A stretch of 48,667 nt of DNA. Source: Gemmatimonas sp. Lineage in GTDB: Bacteria; Gemmatimonadota; Gemmatimonadetes; Gemmatimonadales; Gemmatimonadaceae. Shown here piece by piece: positions 15,612 through 25,837 of this stretch. The notes under the pieces are model-generated. The model was not told where the DNA came from. It made no database searches and was given only the letters and a program-made list of their open reading frames with translations. Every line of letters starts with the position of its first letter. The stretch's first letter is position 1. The position numbers were made by a program, and so were the translations under genes. Where the stretch lies: positions 1 through 48,667 of the forward strand of contig JBBARJ010000001.1 in the NCBI GenBank assembly GCA_040399825.1, in the 5' to 3' direction.

Positions 15612-18581
15612 GTGCTTCTTCCCTTCCTTCGGCGCGTGGTGCCGGCAGGACGGCACGCCACCGCCATGTGCGGACTCGCGTTGTCGTTGGCCGCCGCCGC
15701 ACCGCTGATCGCCCAGTCTACTGGTACCGTCACCGGCCGTGTGGTCGATGGCGACAACGGCCAACCGGTCGCCGCCGCCCAAGTCACCGTGGCCGGCACT
15801 CAGCTCGGTCGCGCCACCGGTGACGACGGACGGTTCACGCTCACCAACATCCCGGCGGGCGCGCTCACCGTCACCGTGCGTCGCATCGGCTATCAGCAGC
15901 AGTCGCGCGCGATCACGCTGGCCAACGGGGCATCCGTCACCGTCGACTTCACGCTGACCAAGAGCAGCGTGTCGCTCGCCGGCGTGGTCGTCACCGCCAC
16001 CGGTGAAGAGCGCAAGAAGGAAGTCGGTAACGCCATCACCACCGTCGGCAGCGCCGACTTCGAACGTGGTGCCGTCGCCAATACGCAGCAGATTCTGCAG
16101 GGACGCTCCACCGGCGTCACCATTCAGGCCAACGGCGGCGGCCCCGGCTCGGGCGGCACCATCCGGTTGCGCGGCGTCAACTCGATCACGCAGGGCAACC
16201 GCCCGCTGATCTACATCGACGGCATCCGCATGTTCAACGGCAACTCGCCCACCGGCGTCTCCTCGCGCCAGTCCGTGTCGCCACTCAACGACATCGCGGC
16301 GTCAGACATCGACCGCATCGAAGTCGTGAAGGGCCCCGCCGCCACCACGCTGTACGGCACCGAAGCCTCCGGCGGCGTGATTCAGATCTTCACCAAGCGC
16401 GGCCGTGAAGGCCCCGCCGTGTGGACGCTCGAAGCCAACGCCGGCATCAACAGCATGGGCGACTTCGGACCGCGCTCCGATCCGACGCGCATGTTCATCC
16501 GCGAATGCCGCGGTCCGAACGTCGTCGATGCCAATGGCGTCGCCTTCGAAGACGCCACCTGCCCGGAAAGCGGGTCGTGGCTGCAGAACGGCTACCTCGG
16601 CCGCTACTCGCTTGGCGTGCGTGGCTCGGGCAGTGGCATCAACTACGCCATCTCCGGCAATCTCGAAAACGAAGCAGGCGTCCTGCGCGTCGGCAGCAAC
16701 AAAACCGGCGGCCTGCGCGCCAACATCGGCTTCGCGCCCAGCAAAACCGTCACGCTGGCCTTCAACACGTCATGGCAGCGCCGCAACACGGCGATGGTGT
16801 CGGAAGGCAACAGCGCCGACGGCTTCCTCCTCAACGTCTCACGCGGCCCCGGCTCCAACTTCAAGGGCACCGGCTGCAGCACGACCACGATCGCCTGCGT
16901 CCTCAACGACACGATCTTCTCGAAGTCCAACACCATCGGCGGCGATCACTTCATCACCGGCGGCACCGCCACCTGGAACCCGACGGCGAACATCAGCAAC
17001 CGCCTGTCCGTCGGCATCGACTACAACAACAACGACATCCGCACCATCAATCCGTTCGGCTTTTTGCGCACGCCGACCGGTGTGTACTACCAAACGCTCT
17101 GGAACCGTCAGCTCATGACGGTCGACCTCGCGAGCAGCTGGAAGCAGACGTTCGGCAAGAACTTCTCCGGAACGTCATCGGTGGGTGGACAGCTGTTCGA
17201 CAGCCGACTCAACTCCACCGACCTGCAGGGCGACAACTTCGCCGGCCCGGGCTTCCCCACGCTGATCTCCGCCTCGCTGCGGCAGATCGTCGACGTAAAT
17301 CAGCAGCGCGTCATCAACGCCGGCTTCTTCGCGCAGCAGATGATCGGCTGGCGTGACCGGCTGTTCGTCACCGCCGGCGCCCGCGTCGACGGCAACTCCG
17401 CCTTCGGTTCCGGCTTCGGGCTGCAGACCTACCCGAAGCTGAGCATGTCGTACGTCCTCTCCGACGAATCGTTCTGGCCGTCCAACCTCATCGAGACGTT
17501 CAAGTTCCGCGCCGCCGTCGGCGAAGCCGGCAAGGCGCCGGGTGCCTTCGACGCCACGCGTACCTGGAACCCGATCGCGGCCGAAGGTGGTCTCTCCGGC
17601 TTCACCCCCGGCCAGCTCGGCAATCCCAACCTCGGCCCCGAGCGCACGCGCGAAACCGAAGTGGGCTTCGATGCCGGATTCTGGGGCGGACGCCTCGGCG
17701 CCGTCTTCACGTACTTCAACGCGCGCACCGACGACGCCATCATCAACGTCGCCTATCCGCCGTCGCAGGGCTTCTCCAGCAACCAGCCGGAAAACGTCGG
17801 TCGGATCTCCAACCAGGGCATCGAAGCGCAGCTCACGGCGTCCTTCGATCCCACCAGCTGGGCGCGTCTCGAAACCCGCCTGCAGTACACGCGCATCAAG
17901 GGCGAAGCCGTCGACCTCGGTGGTCGCGTCCTGACCATCGATGCCCTGTCCCGCAGCTACGTGCAGGAAGGACTCCCGCTCCCGTCCTACGTCGGACTCA
18001 AGGTCCGTAATCCGAACGAATTCGCGGCGGCCATCGTCGACACGAACAAGTTCCTCGGCCAGACCTTCCCCGACCAGATCATCAATCCGTCCGTCACGCT
18101 CACGCTCTTCAAGAACATCACCATCGATGCCGTCGGTGAATTCCAGAAGGGTGGACACTTGCTGAACGGCACCGGATTCCAGAACGCCGGTCTCGGCATC
18201 TGGCAGCCCTGCTTCGCCGCACAGAAGGCGCTGCGTGCCGCCGCCGCCGGCGACGCCTCGGCGCTCGCCAGCGTGAACGCGCAAGACCGTATGCGCTGCT
18301 CCATCGTGGCCGCGCAGCGTGACTACAGCTACTGGGTGGAAAGCGCGGACTTCTTCAAGCTCCGCAGCGTCTCGGTCTCGTACGAGGTCCCCAAGCGCTT
18401 CGCACCGGGCGCCCGCAACATGACCGTGTCGCTCGCCGGACGGAATCTGTTCGTGAACACGGATTACACCGGCTCCGATCCGGAAACGGCCGACCAGCGC
18501 ACCAGCACCTTCTCTCGCCGCGACTACTACAACTTCTCGACGTATCGCACGTTCTTGTTCAGCGTGAGGACGAGCTTCTGA
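15612..18581 (+). CDS. SusC/RagA-like TonB-dependent outer membrane receptor
   Basis: Carboxypeptidase-regulatory-like N domain, plug (IRLRGVNS, PLIYIDG, IEVVKGPAATTLYGTEASGGVIQIFTK), GNPNLGPE, terminal Phe. Start could be 15666. Confidence 0.92.
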   Translation: MLLPFLRRVVPAGRHATAMCGLALSLAAAAPLIAQSTGTVTGRVVDGDNGQPVAAAQVTVAGTQLGRATGDDGRFTLTNIPAGALTVTVRRIGYQQQSRAITLANGASVTVDFTLTKSSVSLAGVVVTATGEERKKEVGNAITTVGSADFERGAVANTQQILQGRSTGVTIQANGGGPGSGGTIRLRGVNSITQGNRPLIYIDGIRMFNGNSPTGVSSRQSVSPLNDIAASDIDRIEVVKGPAATTLYGTEASGGVIQIFTKRGREGPAVWTLEANAGINSMGDFGPRSDPTRMFIRECRGPNVVDANGVAFEDATCPESGSWLQNGYLGRYSLGVRGSGSGINYAISGNLENEAGVLRVGSNKTGGLRANIGFAPSKTVTLAFNTSWQRRNTAMVSEGNSADGFLLNVSRGPGSNFKGTGCSTTTIACVLNDTIFSKSNTIGGDHFITGGTATWNPTANISNRLSVGIDYNNNDIRTINPFGFLRTPTGVYYQTLWNRQLMTVDLASSWKQTFGKNFSGTSSVGGQLFDSRLNSTDLQGDNFAGPGFPTLISASLRQIVDVNQQRVINAGFFAQQMIGWRDRLFVTAGARVDGNSAFGSGFGLQTYPKLSMSYVLSDESFWPSNLIETFKFRAAVGEAGKAPGAFDATRTWNPIAAEGGLSGFTPGQLGNPNLGPERTRETEVGFDAGFWGGRLGAVFTYFNARTDDAIINVAYPPSQGFSSNQPENVGRISNQGIEAQLTASFDPTSWARLETRLQYTRIKGEAVDLGGRVLTIDALSRSYVQEGLPLPSYVGLKVRNPNEFAAAIVDTNKFLGQTFPDQIINPSVTLTLFKNITIDAVGEFQKGGHLLNGTGFQNAGLGIWQPCFAAQKALRAAAAGDASALASVNAQDRMRCSIVAAQRDYSYWVESADFFKLRSVSVSYEVPKRFAPGARNMTVSLAGRNLFVNTDYTGSDPETADQRTSTFSRRDYYNFSTYRTFLFSVRTSF

Positions 18582-19807
18582 TGCCCACTATGACTGCCTT
18601 CTCCCCGATGACCCGCCGCGCCATGCCGGCGGCCGCCATCGCCCTCGCTGCCCTCCTCGGCGGCTGTGACTTCAATGTCACCAATCCCGGTCCGCTCCTC
18701 GACGCGGATCTCAACAATGCCAGCGCCATTCCGGCGCTCGTGAATGGCATGGGAGGCGATCTCTCCAACGCCATCGGCAACTACCTCACCCGCGGCTCGC
18801 TCGCCGCGCTCGAGTTGCGCCACTCCGGCAACTTCGCCGCCGAACGCCGCTTTGCCGCGGGAACGATCGGCCCCGAAGACGTGAACGGCGACTGGGCGCG
18901 CCTGCACACCGCACGCTACGTGGCCGAAGCGGGCCTCGTGCGTATGAAGACCGTGCTGGGCACCGGGTTCGAAACGAACGCGAACACCCCACGAGCGTAC
19001 CTCTACGCCGGCTACGCCAACCGCTTCCTCGGCGAGAACGTGTGCAACGCGGTGTACGACGGCGGACCGGCGCTGCCCAACAGCTCGCACTTCGTCCGTG
19101 CCGAAAGCCTGTTCACGCGCGCCCTCACCATCTCGCGGGCGCTCAACAACACGGCGCTCATTAACGCGGCGCTCGCCGGCCGTGCGCAGGTGTACGCCAA
19201 TCAGGGCAAGTGGACGGAAGCGGCGGCCGACGCGGCGCTGGTGCCGACCACCTTCCGTCACAATGCGGTCTTCTCGCTCAACACCACGCGAGAGAACATG
19301 GATCTGGCTGCCCAGACCATCACCCGCCGCGAGGTGACGGTGTGGAATACGGTGTGGGTCACCGACCGCGATCCGCGCGCCCTGTACGACACGGTGAAGA
19401 CGGGGACCACCATCACGAAGGGGCAGGACGGCGCCACCAACTTCTTCCGTCAGAAGAAGTACCTCACGCTGGGTGATCCCGTGGCGCTGGCCAAGGGCAC
19501 CGAGATGCTACTCATTCGTGCCGAGGCGGCGCTGCGTGCGAACGACCTCACCAACGCCATGCTGTTCATCAATCAGGGGCGCACGGCCGCGACGCTGACG
19601 CCGCTCACCGCGACCACGATCGATGCGGCGTATGGGCACCTCATGCGCGAACGTGGCGCCGTGCTCTGGCTGGAAGGCCGTCGCCTGTTCGACCTCAAGC
19701 GGTGGCTGGCCGACGGACGTAACACCACGCTGCAGGGTCGGAGCACATGTATGCCGATCAGCCTCGAAGAGCGCGGTGCCAACCCCAACGTCAGCGGCGC
19801 GCCGTAA
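18581..19807 (+). CDS. SusD/RagB-like lipoprotein
   Basis: Lipobox LLGGC, EMLLIRAEA, ERGAVLWLEGRRLFDL, PISLEERGANPN. Adjacent to SusC. Confidence 0.88.
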   Translation: MPTMTAFSPMTRRAMPAAAIALAALLGGCDFNVTNPGPLLDADLNNASAIPALVNGMGGDLSNAIGNYLTRGSLAALELRHSGNFAAERRFAAGTIGPEDVNGDWARLHTARYVAEAGLVRMKTVLGTGFETNANTPRAYLYAGYANRFLGENVCNAVYDGGPALPNSSHFVRAESLFTRALTISRALNNTALINAALAGRAQVYANQGKWTEAAADAALVPTTFRHNAVFSLNTTRENMDLAAQTITRREVTVWNTVWVTDRDPRALYDTVKTGTTITKGQDGATNFFRQKKYLTLGDPVALAKGTEMLLIRAEAALRANDLTNAMLFINQGRTAATLTPLTATTIDAAYGHLMRERGAVLWLEGRRLFDLKRWLADGRNTTLQGRSTCMPISLEERGANPNVSGAP

Positions 19808-19834
19808 GCCACATCGGTGCTGTCATCAACGACC

Positions 19835-19866
19835 AACGGGGGAGCGGCTCATGCCGCTCCCCCGTT
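19835..19866. terminator. Intrinsic terminator hairpin between convergent genes
   Basis: AACGGGGGAGCGGC-TCAT-GCCGCTCCCCCGTT, a perfect 14-bp stem. Confidence 0.8.
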
Positions 19867-19899
19867 TGCTATCCATCCCGCGAGCCACGTCGGTGCCCT

Positions 19900-20706
19900 C
19901 TACGCCGGCCGACGCCACATGGCGAACGTCGTGCCGTCCACGTGGCGGAGTGGCACCGTACTCGCCAGGGCGTTCAGCGCCGCAAATACCCCGGGAGCAT
20001 GCCCGGGCCCCGCGTAGTCATGCCAAAGCACGAGCCCGCCCGGCTTCACGATCCGCATGGCCTTGGCAGAGTCACTTTCCACATACGACTGAGCGTGGGA
20101 GCCATCCACGAACACCAGATCGGCCCAGTCCAGAAAGGGCGTTTCGTCGAACTGCTTGCTGTCGCCATACAGCTGCTGCACGCGGCCGGCGATCGGCGTC
20201 CCGGTGTACAGGAACGCGTCGAACGCCGACTCGTTCAGCGCGAACTGAGTGTCTTCTTCGGTGTCATTTGGCCCTTTGACGTATTCATGTTGCTGTGATG
20301 GCGCTAAAGTGATGGTTGCAATCACGGAATTGTCCGGCGCGTTTCGACCCCACAGGTAGGCGGTCTTCCCGGTGCAGGTACCAAACTCGAAGAGACAATC
20401 CGCGCCTTTCGCCAGCACCGCGAGAATCCACGCCTCAGCGTCGCTGGTGCCGCCGGGTACCATGATCGGACCGCGCCCGATAAACGCCACCTCCGTCGCC
20501 ACCGTCGGACCGAACGCGCCCGCGGTAAACACCGGGTCGACTTCGTGCAGTCGAATGCGCCTGATCGGCCACGGGCCAAACAGCCCCTGCTGCTTCCGGC
20601 GCGCCCGGTCGGCGAGCACCCGGACGGCCAGCACGACGCACGCTATGCCCAGGAGCGCGGCAACGATCCATCCGGTCATTCGACTGAGCAGCAGTGAGGA
20701 ATTCAT
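19900..20706 (-). CDS. Class I SAM-dependent methyltransferase (Methyltransf_24-like) with N-terminal membrane anchor
   Basis: FEFGTCTG, GDS, DLVFVDGSH, KPGGLVLWHDY motifs; hydrophobic N-terminus. Confidence 0.85.
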   Translation of the reverse strand: MNSSLLLSRMTGWIVAALLGIACVVLAVRVLADRARRKQQGLFGPWPIRRIRLHEVDPVFTAGAFGPTVATEVAFIGRGPIMVPGGTSDAEAWILAVLAKGADCLFEFGTCTGKTAYLWGRNAPDNSVIATITLAPSQQHEYVKGPNDTEEDTQFALNESAFDAFLYTGTPIAGRVQQLYGDSKQFDETPFLDWADLVFVDGSHAQSYVESDSAKAMRIVKPGGLVLWHDYAGPGHAPGVFAALNALASTVPLRHVDGTTFAMWRRPA

Positions 20707-20794
20707 GACGCGCGAGCGCGCCGACAGTCGGCGCGTTCTATTGTCGGAGGTCCAAGCACATCCCGCCAGAGTTCCTGCATCTCTTTCTGAACCC

Positions 20795-21691
20795 ATGCGT
20801 CGTTCATTCCATTTTCTGATAAAGCTCTCGGCCGGTCTCGTCAGCATCTCCTGCGCCGGTTCCGCCCGCACGGCACCCCTCGAGCAGGCGTCCCCCGTAC
20901 GGGCCCTCCCCGCCGGCGCCGACACGGCGGGCAGTGCCAGCGCCGACGCGTTGCCAGCCGGCTTCCGCGAGGCGTTCGCCGAGTCCGACAGCCGCGCCCG
21001 CACCATCGCGTTCTGGTATCAGTGTGTCGGCACCATCGCCCGGTTACGCGCCGGCGGCACCTTCGGGCCGGCCGCCGCCGCGCCGCGCATCATCTACTGC
21101 GAGCGCACCGCGGACGGGGTCCCCATCGGTGGCGTGTACGACATCGACCCAGCCTTTCGCGCAGTACGACGGTTCAGCACCGTGCGCCTCGATGGCGCAC
21201 GCCCGCGCTACACCGGCCCGATCGACACGACGCGCGTGGCCATGGAAGCGAAGCTCGTGAATGACGTCACGCGAGCGATCACGCCAGCGTGGACCAAGCT
21301 TGGCCGTCCGTTCTCCGTCGTCCCCGTACCACTGGCCAACGGCGGCCTAGAGGCGTGGGCCATTCCCCGCGCCACGAAAGCCCGTACGTTCGTGACCGGC
21401 GGTGACGTGGCCTACGCGCGCAACACCGATGGCACCGCACGCCGCACCGTCGATCACACCGGCACCTGGACGCAGCTTCCACTCGCCGCCGCCGGCGCGT
21501 TGGTCGTGCGCAGCGCCGAACGCGACGTCGCCGCCGTCACCGATCTCGTGACCGCGCGCTATTACACCGACCTCGGCCGCGAGGTCACGGTGCAGACCAC
21601 CACCATGTCGAGCGCACTCGTTGCAGGCCTCGATCCGGCCACCGGGGCGCGCGTGGTATGGCGCCACGTCGCCAAGCCGGCCGCACGCTGA
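20795..21691 (+). CDS. Hypothetical putative lipoprotein
   Basis: MRRSFHFLIKLSAGLVSISC signal-like start; long GC3-rich frame. Confidence 0.65.
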   Translation: MRRSFHFLIKLSAGLVSISCAGSARTAPLEQASPVRALPAGADTAGSASADALPAGFREAFAESDSRARTIAFWYQCVGTIARLRAGGTFGPAAAAPRIIYCERTADGVPIGGVYDIDPAFRAVRRFSTVRLDGARPRYTGPIDTTRVAMEAKLVNDVTRAITPAWTKLGRPFSVVPVPLANGGLEAWAIPRATKARTFVTGGDVAYARNTDGTARRTVDHTGTWTQLPLAAAGALVVRSAERDVAAVTDLVTARYYTDLGREVTVQTTTMSSALVAGLDPATGARVVWRHVAKPAAR

Positions 21692-21696
21692 GTCGT

Positions 21697-23493
21697 ATGC
21701 GTTGGCGTATGGATTGGCTCGTGCCTCGGCGTGTCGTTCGATGCACGTCGTTCGCCCTCCTTCTGTTCGCCGCGGCCGCCCAACGCGCATCGGCGCAGGA
21801 GTTCGTGCGGCAATCGCTGCTGATTGCCCCGTTCCGCCTGGACAGCACGCCCAACGTCGCACGCGTTGCACGACAGGTGGCCGAGGCCACGCGCGCGCGG
21901 CTCACGCAACGCGCCGATCCACGCGCAGTGAAAGTGCTCGAGGGATATCGCCTCGACAATCTGTTGCTCGAGTTGAACTACAAGCCGCAGGTCGCCCTCG
22001 GTGAGGCGGAACTCCGCTTCTTCGGGCAACAATTACGGGCCGACGAAGTGCTCCTCGCGCGGGTCTCACAGCGCGACGGCATGATCACGCTCACGCCGCG
22101 CCTCGCCGTGCTCCGCAGCTGGGGGATGCAGCAACCGTTGCCCACGGTTCAGGGGGCCACCGCCGCGTTGGTCGGTGACGCCCTCGCCCGCGAGATCATC
22201 AGTGCACGGGGGCAATTCACCGGCCTGCGACGGTGCGAGAATGCCATGGCCAAGGGAGACCGTGCCACCGCCGCCCGCGAGGCAGAGGCCGCCATTCGCA
22301 GCTATCCGCAGGCCGTCATTGCGCGTGACTGTCTGCTGGCGGCCCTTCTGAATGGGACCACAGCGGCCGACTCCGTACGTCGTGTGGCCGACGATGTGCT
22401 CACAATCGACAGCACCAATCTGTTCGCCGCCGTCATGCGCGCCGATGCCCTCGAGGCCGAGCATCGCCCCGTCGACGCCGGTGCCCAGTGGCGGCGCGTG
22501 TACGCCATGCGCTCCGACAGTCTGGCGTTAGGCATCCGGGTGGTGGAAGCGCTGTTGCGCGTGCAGCGCCCCGCCGATGCCCTCGCCAACGCCACCGATC
22601 TGCAGCAACGACTCGGTGCCAACGCCACGCTCCGACGTCTCGCCTTCCGCGCGCATGCGACGCTGTCACACTGGAAAGACGTGGCCATCCTCGGCGATTC
22701 TCTCGAACACGAGGACGACGTCTTTCGCGCCGACGCCAACTATGCCGCCCGCTTCATCGAGGGACTCCGCCAAACCGGCGACACGCTCGGCGCCCTCGAG
22801 ATCAGCGTGCGGGCCGTGCGTCGTCACCCGAACGATTCGCGTGTCTATGTGCAGTACCTGCAGTTGCTCGGCGTGGAAGCGGTGCAGGCACTGCCGCGCG
22901 GACTAAGCACCTTCCCCGATGTCCCTGAGCTCTACGTGATGGCCGCCAGCGCCGCGCGCCAGGCCGGCAAGCGCACCGACGCGTTGCGCGCCACGCGCGA
23001 AGCCATCCGTCGGGATTCAACGCTCACCGCGCAGTACCTCACGCTGGCCGATCTCTTCGTCGAAGACCATCAGCCCGATAGTGCGGCCGCCACGCTCGCC
23101 CGTGCTCCACGCCGCGGCGAGCAATCGGAATTACTGCGCACCTACAGTATTGCGCGAGGGCTGCTGCTGCTGCGCGCCGCCGGTGACTCACTGGCCACGC
23201 AACAGCAGGCCGCCATCGCGATGCTGGTCCTGGCGGACAGCATCGAGTCACGCCCCGACTCGCGGGCCTACGTCGCCGCCGCCACGTTGCAACTGGCTCG
23301 CAGCCAGCTCCTGCAGGCCAGCAAAACACGGCACTGCGCCGACAGCCGACTCGCCTCCGAAACGCTCGCAATCTCCGCGTCGGCGATCGATCGTGGACTC
23401 GGCGACAGCGCCAACGCCACCGAGATCACGACCATGTTCGCCGCCATGCGCAGCGCCGTCGACAATGCGACCGGCGTACTGTGTAAGAACTGA
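21697..23493 (+). CDS. Secreted TPR-like helical repeat protein
   Basis: Signal peptide (..AAAQRASA|Q) and Ala/Leu-rich helical repeats (AIRSYP, AVRRHPND, AIRRDS). Confidence 0.7.
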   Translation: MRWRMDWLVPRRVVRCTSFALLLFAAAAQRASAQEFVRQSLLIAPFRLDSTPNVARVARQVAEATRARLTQRADPRAVKVLEGYRLDNLLLELNYKPQVALGEAELRFFGQQLRADEVLLARVSQRDGMITLTPRLAVLRSWGMQQPLPTVQGATAALVGDALAREIISARGQFTGLRRCENAMAKGDRATAAREAEAAIRSYPQAVIARDCLLAALLNGTTAADSVRRVADDVLTIDSTNLFAAVMRADALEAEHRPVDAGAQWRRVYAMRSDSLALGIRVVEALLRVQRPADALANATDLQQRLGANATLRRLAFRAHATLSHWKDVAILGDSLEHEDDVFRADANYAARFIEGLRQTGDTLGALEISVRAVRRHPNDSRVYVQYLQLLGVEAVQALPRGLSTFPDVPELYVMAASAARQAGKRTDALRATREAIRRDSTLTAQYLTLADLFVEDHQPDSAAATLARAPRRGEQSELLRTYSIARGLLLLRAAGDSLATQQQAAIAMLVLADSIESRPDSRAYVAAATLQLARSQLLQASKTRHCADSRLASETLAISASAIDRGLGDSANATEITTMFAAMRSAVDNATGVLCKN

Positions 23494-23610
23494 CGGCGAC
23501 CTGATGGCTGCCTGACGCCGACAGCCTCGCGGATCCCGCGAACGACCTGTATGCTTTGCTGCGCCTCTATTTTACGTCTCGTTTCATATCTGTTCTCCTG
23601 TGGAGATTCC

Positions 23611-24585
23611 GTGCGTCTTCGCTCCGCCCTGCACGCTGCCGCCCTGCTCGCCGGTCTCCTGAGCCATCCCATGATGGCCCGGCCCGTGATGGCCCAAGTC
23701 TCCCAGCCGACGGCCAGCACCACGCTCAAGAAGGGAGAGATCCGCCTTACCTACCTCGGCAACGCCGGCTGGGAAATCACCGACGGCACGAAAGTGGTAC
23801 TGGTCGACCCGTTCCTCACGCAATTCGCGCGGTGGGCACCAGGCAAGCAGAGCGACGGACCGGCGCAGACCGACCTCTATCTGCCCGACACCGCGCTCAT
23901 CAACGCGCACGTCACGAAAGCCGATTACATCCTGATCACGCACGGTCACCCCGATCATGCACTCGATGCCGGCGTGATCTCGAACAAAACCGGCGCGATC
24001 ATCGTCGGACATGAAACGGCGGCGAACCTGGCGCGGGCCTACGACGTGCCCGATGCCAAACTGATCACGGTGATCGGCGGCGAAGACTATGACTTCGACG
24101 ATTTCTCGCTGCGGGTCATCCCCAACATTCACAGCGCATTGGACGACAAGCACTACTACAACAACACGCGCGGCATCACCGGCAATGCACCACGCGGCCT
24201 CAAGGCGCCGCTGCGCCGCAAGGATTATGTGGAAGGCGGCAACCTCGCCTATCTGCTGCGCATGGGCGGCCACGAGGTGCTCATCATGGGCTCCATGAAC
24301 TACATCGAGCGCGAGATGGTAGGGCTGCGCCCCGACATCGCCCTGGTCGGCTCCAACAGCCAGCGCTTAGAAGTGTTCGAGTTCACGGGCCGTCTCATGA
24401 AAGCACTCGGCAACCCGGCCGTGGTCATTCCGACGCACGCTGACGCCTACGGCGATCCCAAGCCGACCGCAGCGGCGCTGGCCGACCGCAAGAAATTCCA
24501 GCAGGAAGTGGCAACGGCCTCGCCGAAGAGCCGCTTCATCAGTCCCACGTGGTTTGCCCCCATCGTCATCCCGGCGCGCCAGTAA
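23611..24585 (+). CDS. Secreted MBL-fold metallo-hydrolase (UlaG-like)
   Basis: YLGNAGW, LVDPF, THGHPDHALD and VIPTH motifs. GGAG precedes the GTG start; signal peptide present. Confidence 0.85.
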   Translation: MRLRSALHAAALLAGLLSHPMMARPVMAQVSQPTASTTLKKGEIRLTYLGNAGWEITDGTKVVLVDPFLTQFARWAPGKQSDGPAQTDLYLPDTALINAHVTKADYILITHGHPDHALDAGVISNKTGAIIVGHETAANLARAYDVPDAKLITVIGGEDYDFDDFSLRVIPNIHSALDDKHYYNNTRGITGNAPRGLKAPLRRKDYVEGGNLAYLLRMGGHEVLIMGSMNYIEREMVGLRPDIALVGSNSQRLEVFEFTGRLMKALGNPAVVIPTHADAYGDPKPTAAALADRKKFQQEVATASPKSRFISPTWFAPIVIPARQ

Positions 24586-24616
24586 TCCTGCGTCTTCACC
24601 CTCCTTCCATCGTCCC

Positions 24617-25108
24617 ATGACGTCAACTCCGATCCGCCGCCTCGCCTGCTTGATGACCGTAGTGTTGGGCCTACCGACCGCCCTGCACGCCCAAGCGGCC
24701 ACCCTGGCCCCCATGAGCACGCGTCAGGTCATCAACCCCCCGGGAATTGCCCCGCTCGTGCCCGCCTATTCCGTGGCCGTGCGTGACGGCGATCTGGTGT
24801 ACGTGTCCGGTATGACCGGCATCAAGCCCGGCACCCAGGACATCATCGAGGGCGGCATAGTCGCGCAAACACGGCAGACCATGGAGAACATCAAGGCGTC
24901 GGTGACGGCCGCCGGTGGAACCATGGCCGATCTGAACGAGTGCACCGTTTTCGTGATGGACATGGCCGATTACGCCGCCGTGAACGGCGTGTACATCGAG
25001 TACTTCAAGGTGAACCCGCCGGTCCGCGCGGCACTGGCCGTGACGGCCCTCCCGCGGCCAGCGGCGCGGGTGGAGATCAAGTGCAGTGGGAGAATTCACG
25101 CGAAGTAA
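24617..25108 (+). CDS. RidA/YjgF family protein with signal peptide
   Basis: PAYSVAV, VYVSG, QTRQTMENI, NGVYIEYF, PPVRAA and VEI motifs. Confidence 0.88.
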   Translation: MTSTPIRRLACLMTVVLGLPTALHAQAATLAPMSTRQVINPPGIAPLVPAYSVAVRDGDLVYVSGMTGIKPGTQDIIEGGIVAQTRQTMENIKASVTAAGGTMADLNECTVFVMDMADYAAVNGVYIEYFKVNPPVRAALAVTALPRPAARVEIKCSGRIHAK

Positions 25109-25285
25109 CGTGGCGGCGTACGCTCCGTCGTCGCTGATCCACGGTGCGCCGGAACGCAGCATCACCGAGCGGCGCGGCGCGTGCTCCGGGAAAGTGCCGC
25201 CGCCGCGGGCACCGAGCGCCCGCGCGTTGCCAGCTGGATCCCGACCAGCACCGCCACTGTCACCGGTCATGTAGCACTTGTGCCT

Positions 25286-25837
25286 ATGCGCCTCCTCCCG
25301 TGGCTGTTCGTGTGCATCCACATCCTGTTCGCGGTTGGCGTTTATCCCTCGCTGCCCCCACGCGTTCCCACGCACCTGGATTTTAACGGCGTGGTGACGG
25401 CCACCAGCGCCACATCGTGGTGGTCCTGGTTTGCGTTGCCGATGGTGTCCGTAGCGACCACCGGGTTGGTCGCCGGGATTGCCGCGTATCTCCCACGGAA
25501 CCCGTCGCTCTTCAACTTCCCCGACAAGGCGCGGTTTCTCGCGTTACCGGCCGAGTACCAGCCGCCGGTCGTGGCGGTGATGCGCACGACGCTCGACATC
25601 ACCGCGAGTGGTGTGGCGATTACCATGGGGCTGGTGCAGCTGTTACTCTGGCGCGCGGCCTTCGGGCGTGTGCCGCAGAACATGCAGGTCGTGTTGCCGC
25701 TGCTCACGTTGCTCTTGGGGCCCGGGATCCTGCTCTCGGTCACGCGCGTGAGCGCGGCGGTCGAAGCGGCGGAGCAGCGGCTCCGCGATGCGGGGAGCAC
25801 ACCCCTCGACACTCGGATCCACCCAAGGTGTGTGTAG
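25286..25837 (+). CDS. DUF1648-type membrane protein
   Basis: YPSLPPRVPTHLDFNG and FNFP motifs; several TM segments. Confidence 0.75.
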   Translation: MRLLPWLFVCIHILFAVGVYPSLPPRVPTHLDFNGVVTATSATSWWSWFALPMVSVATTGLVAGIAAYLPRNPSLFNFPDKARFLALPAEYQPPVVAVMRTTLDITASGVAITMGLVQLLLWRAAFGRVPQNMQVVLPLLTLLLGPGILLSVTRVSAAVEAAEQRLRDAGSTPLDTRIHPRCV

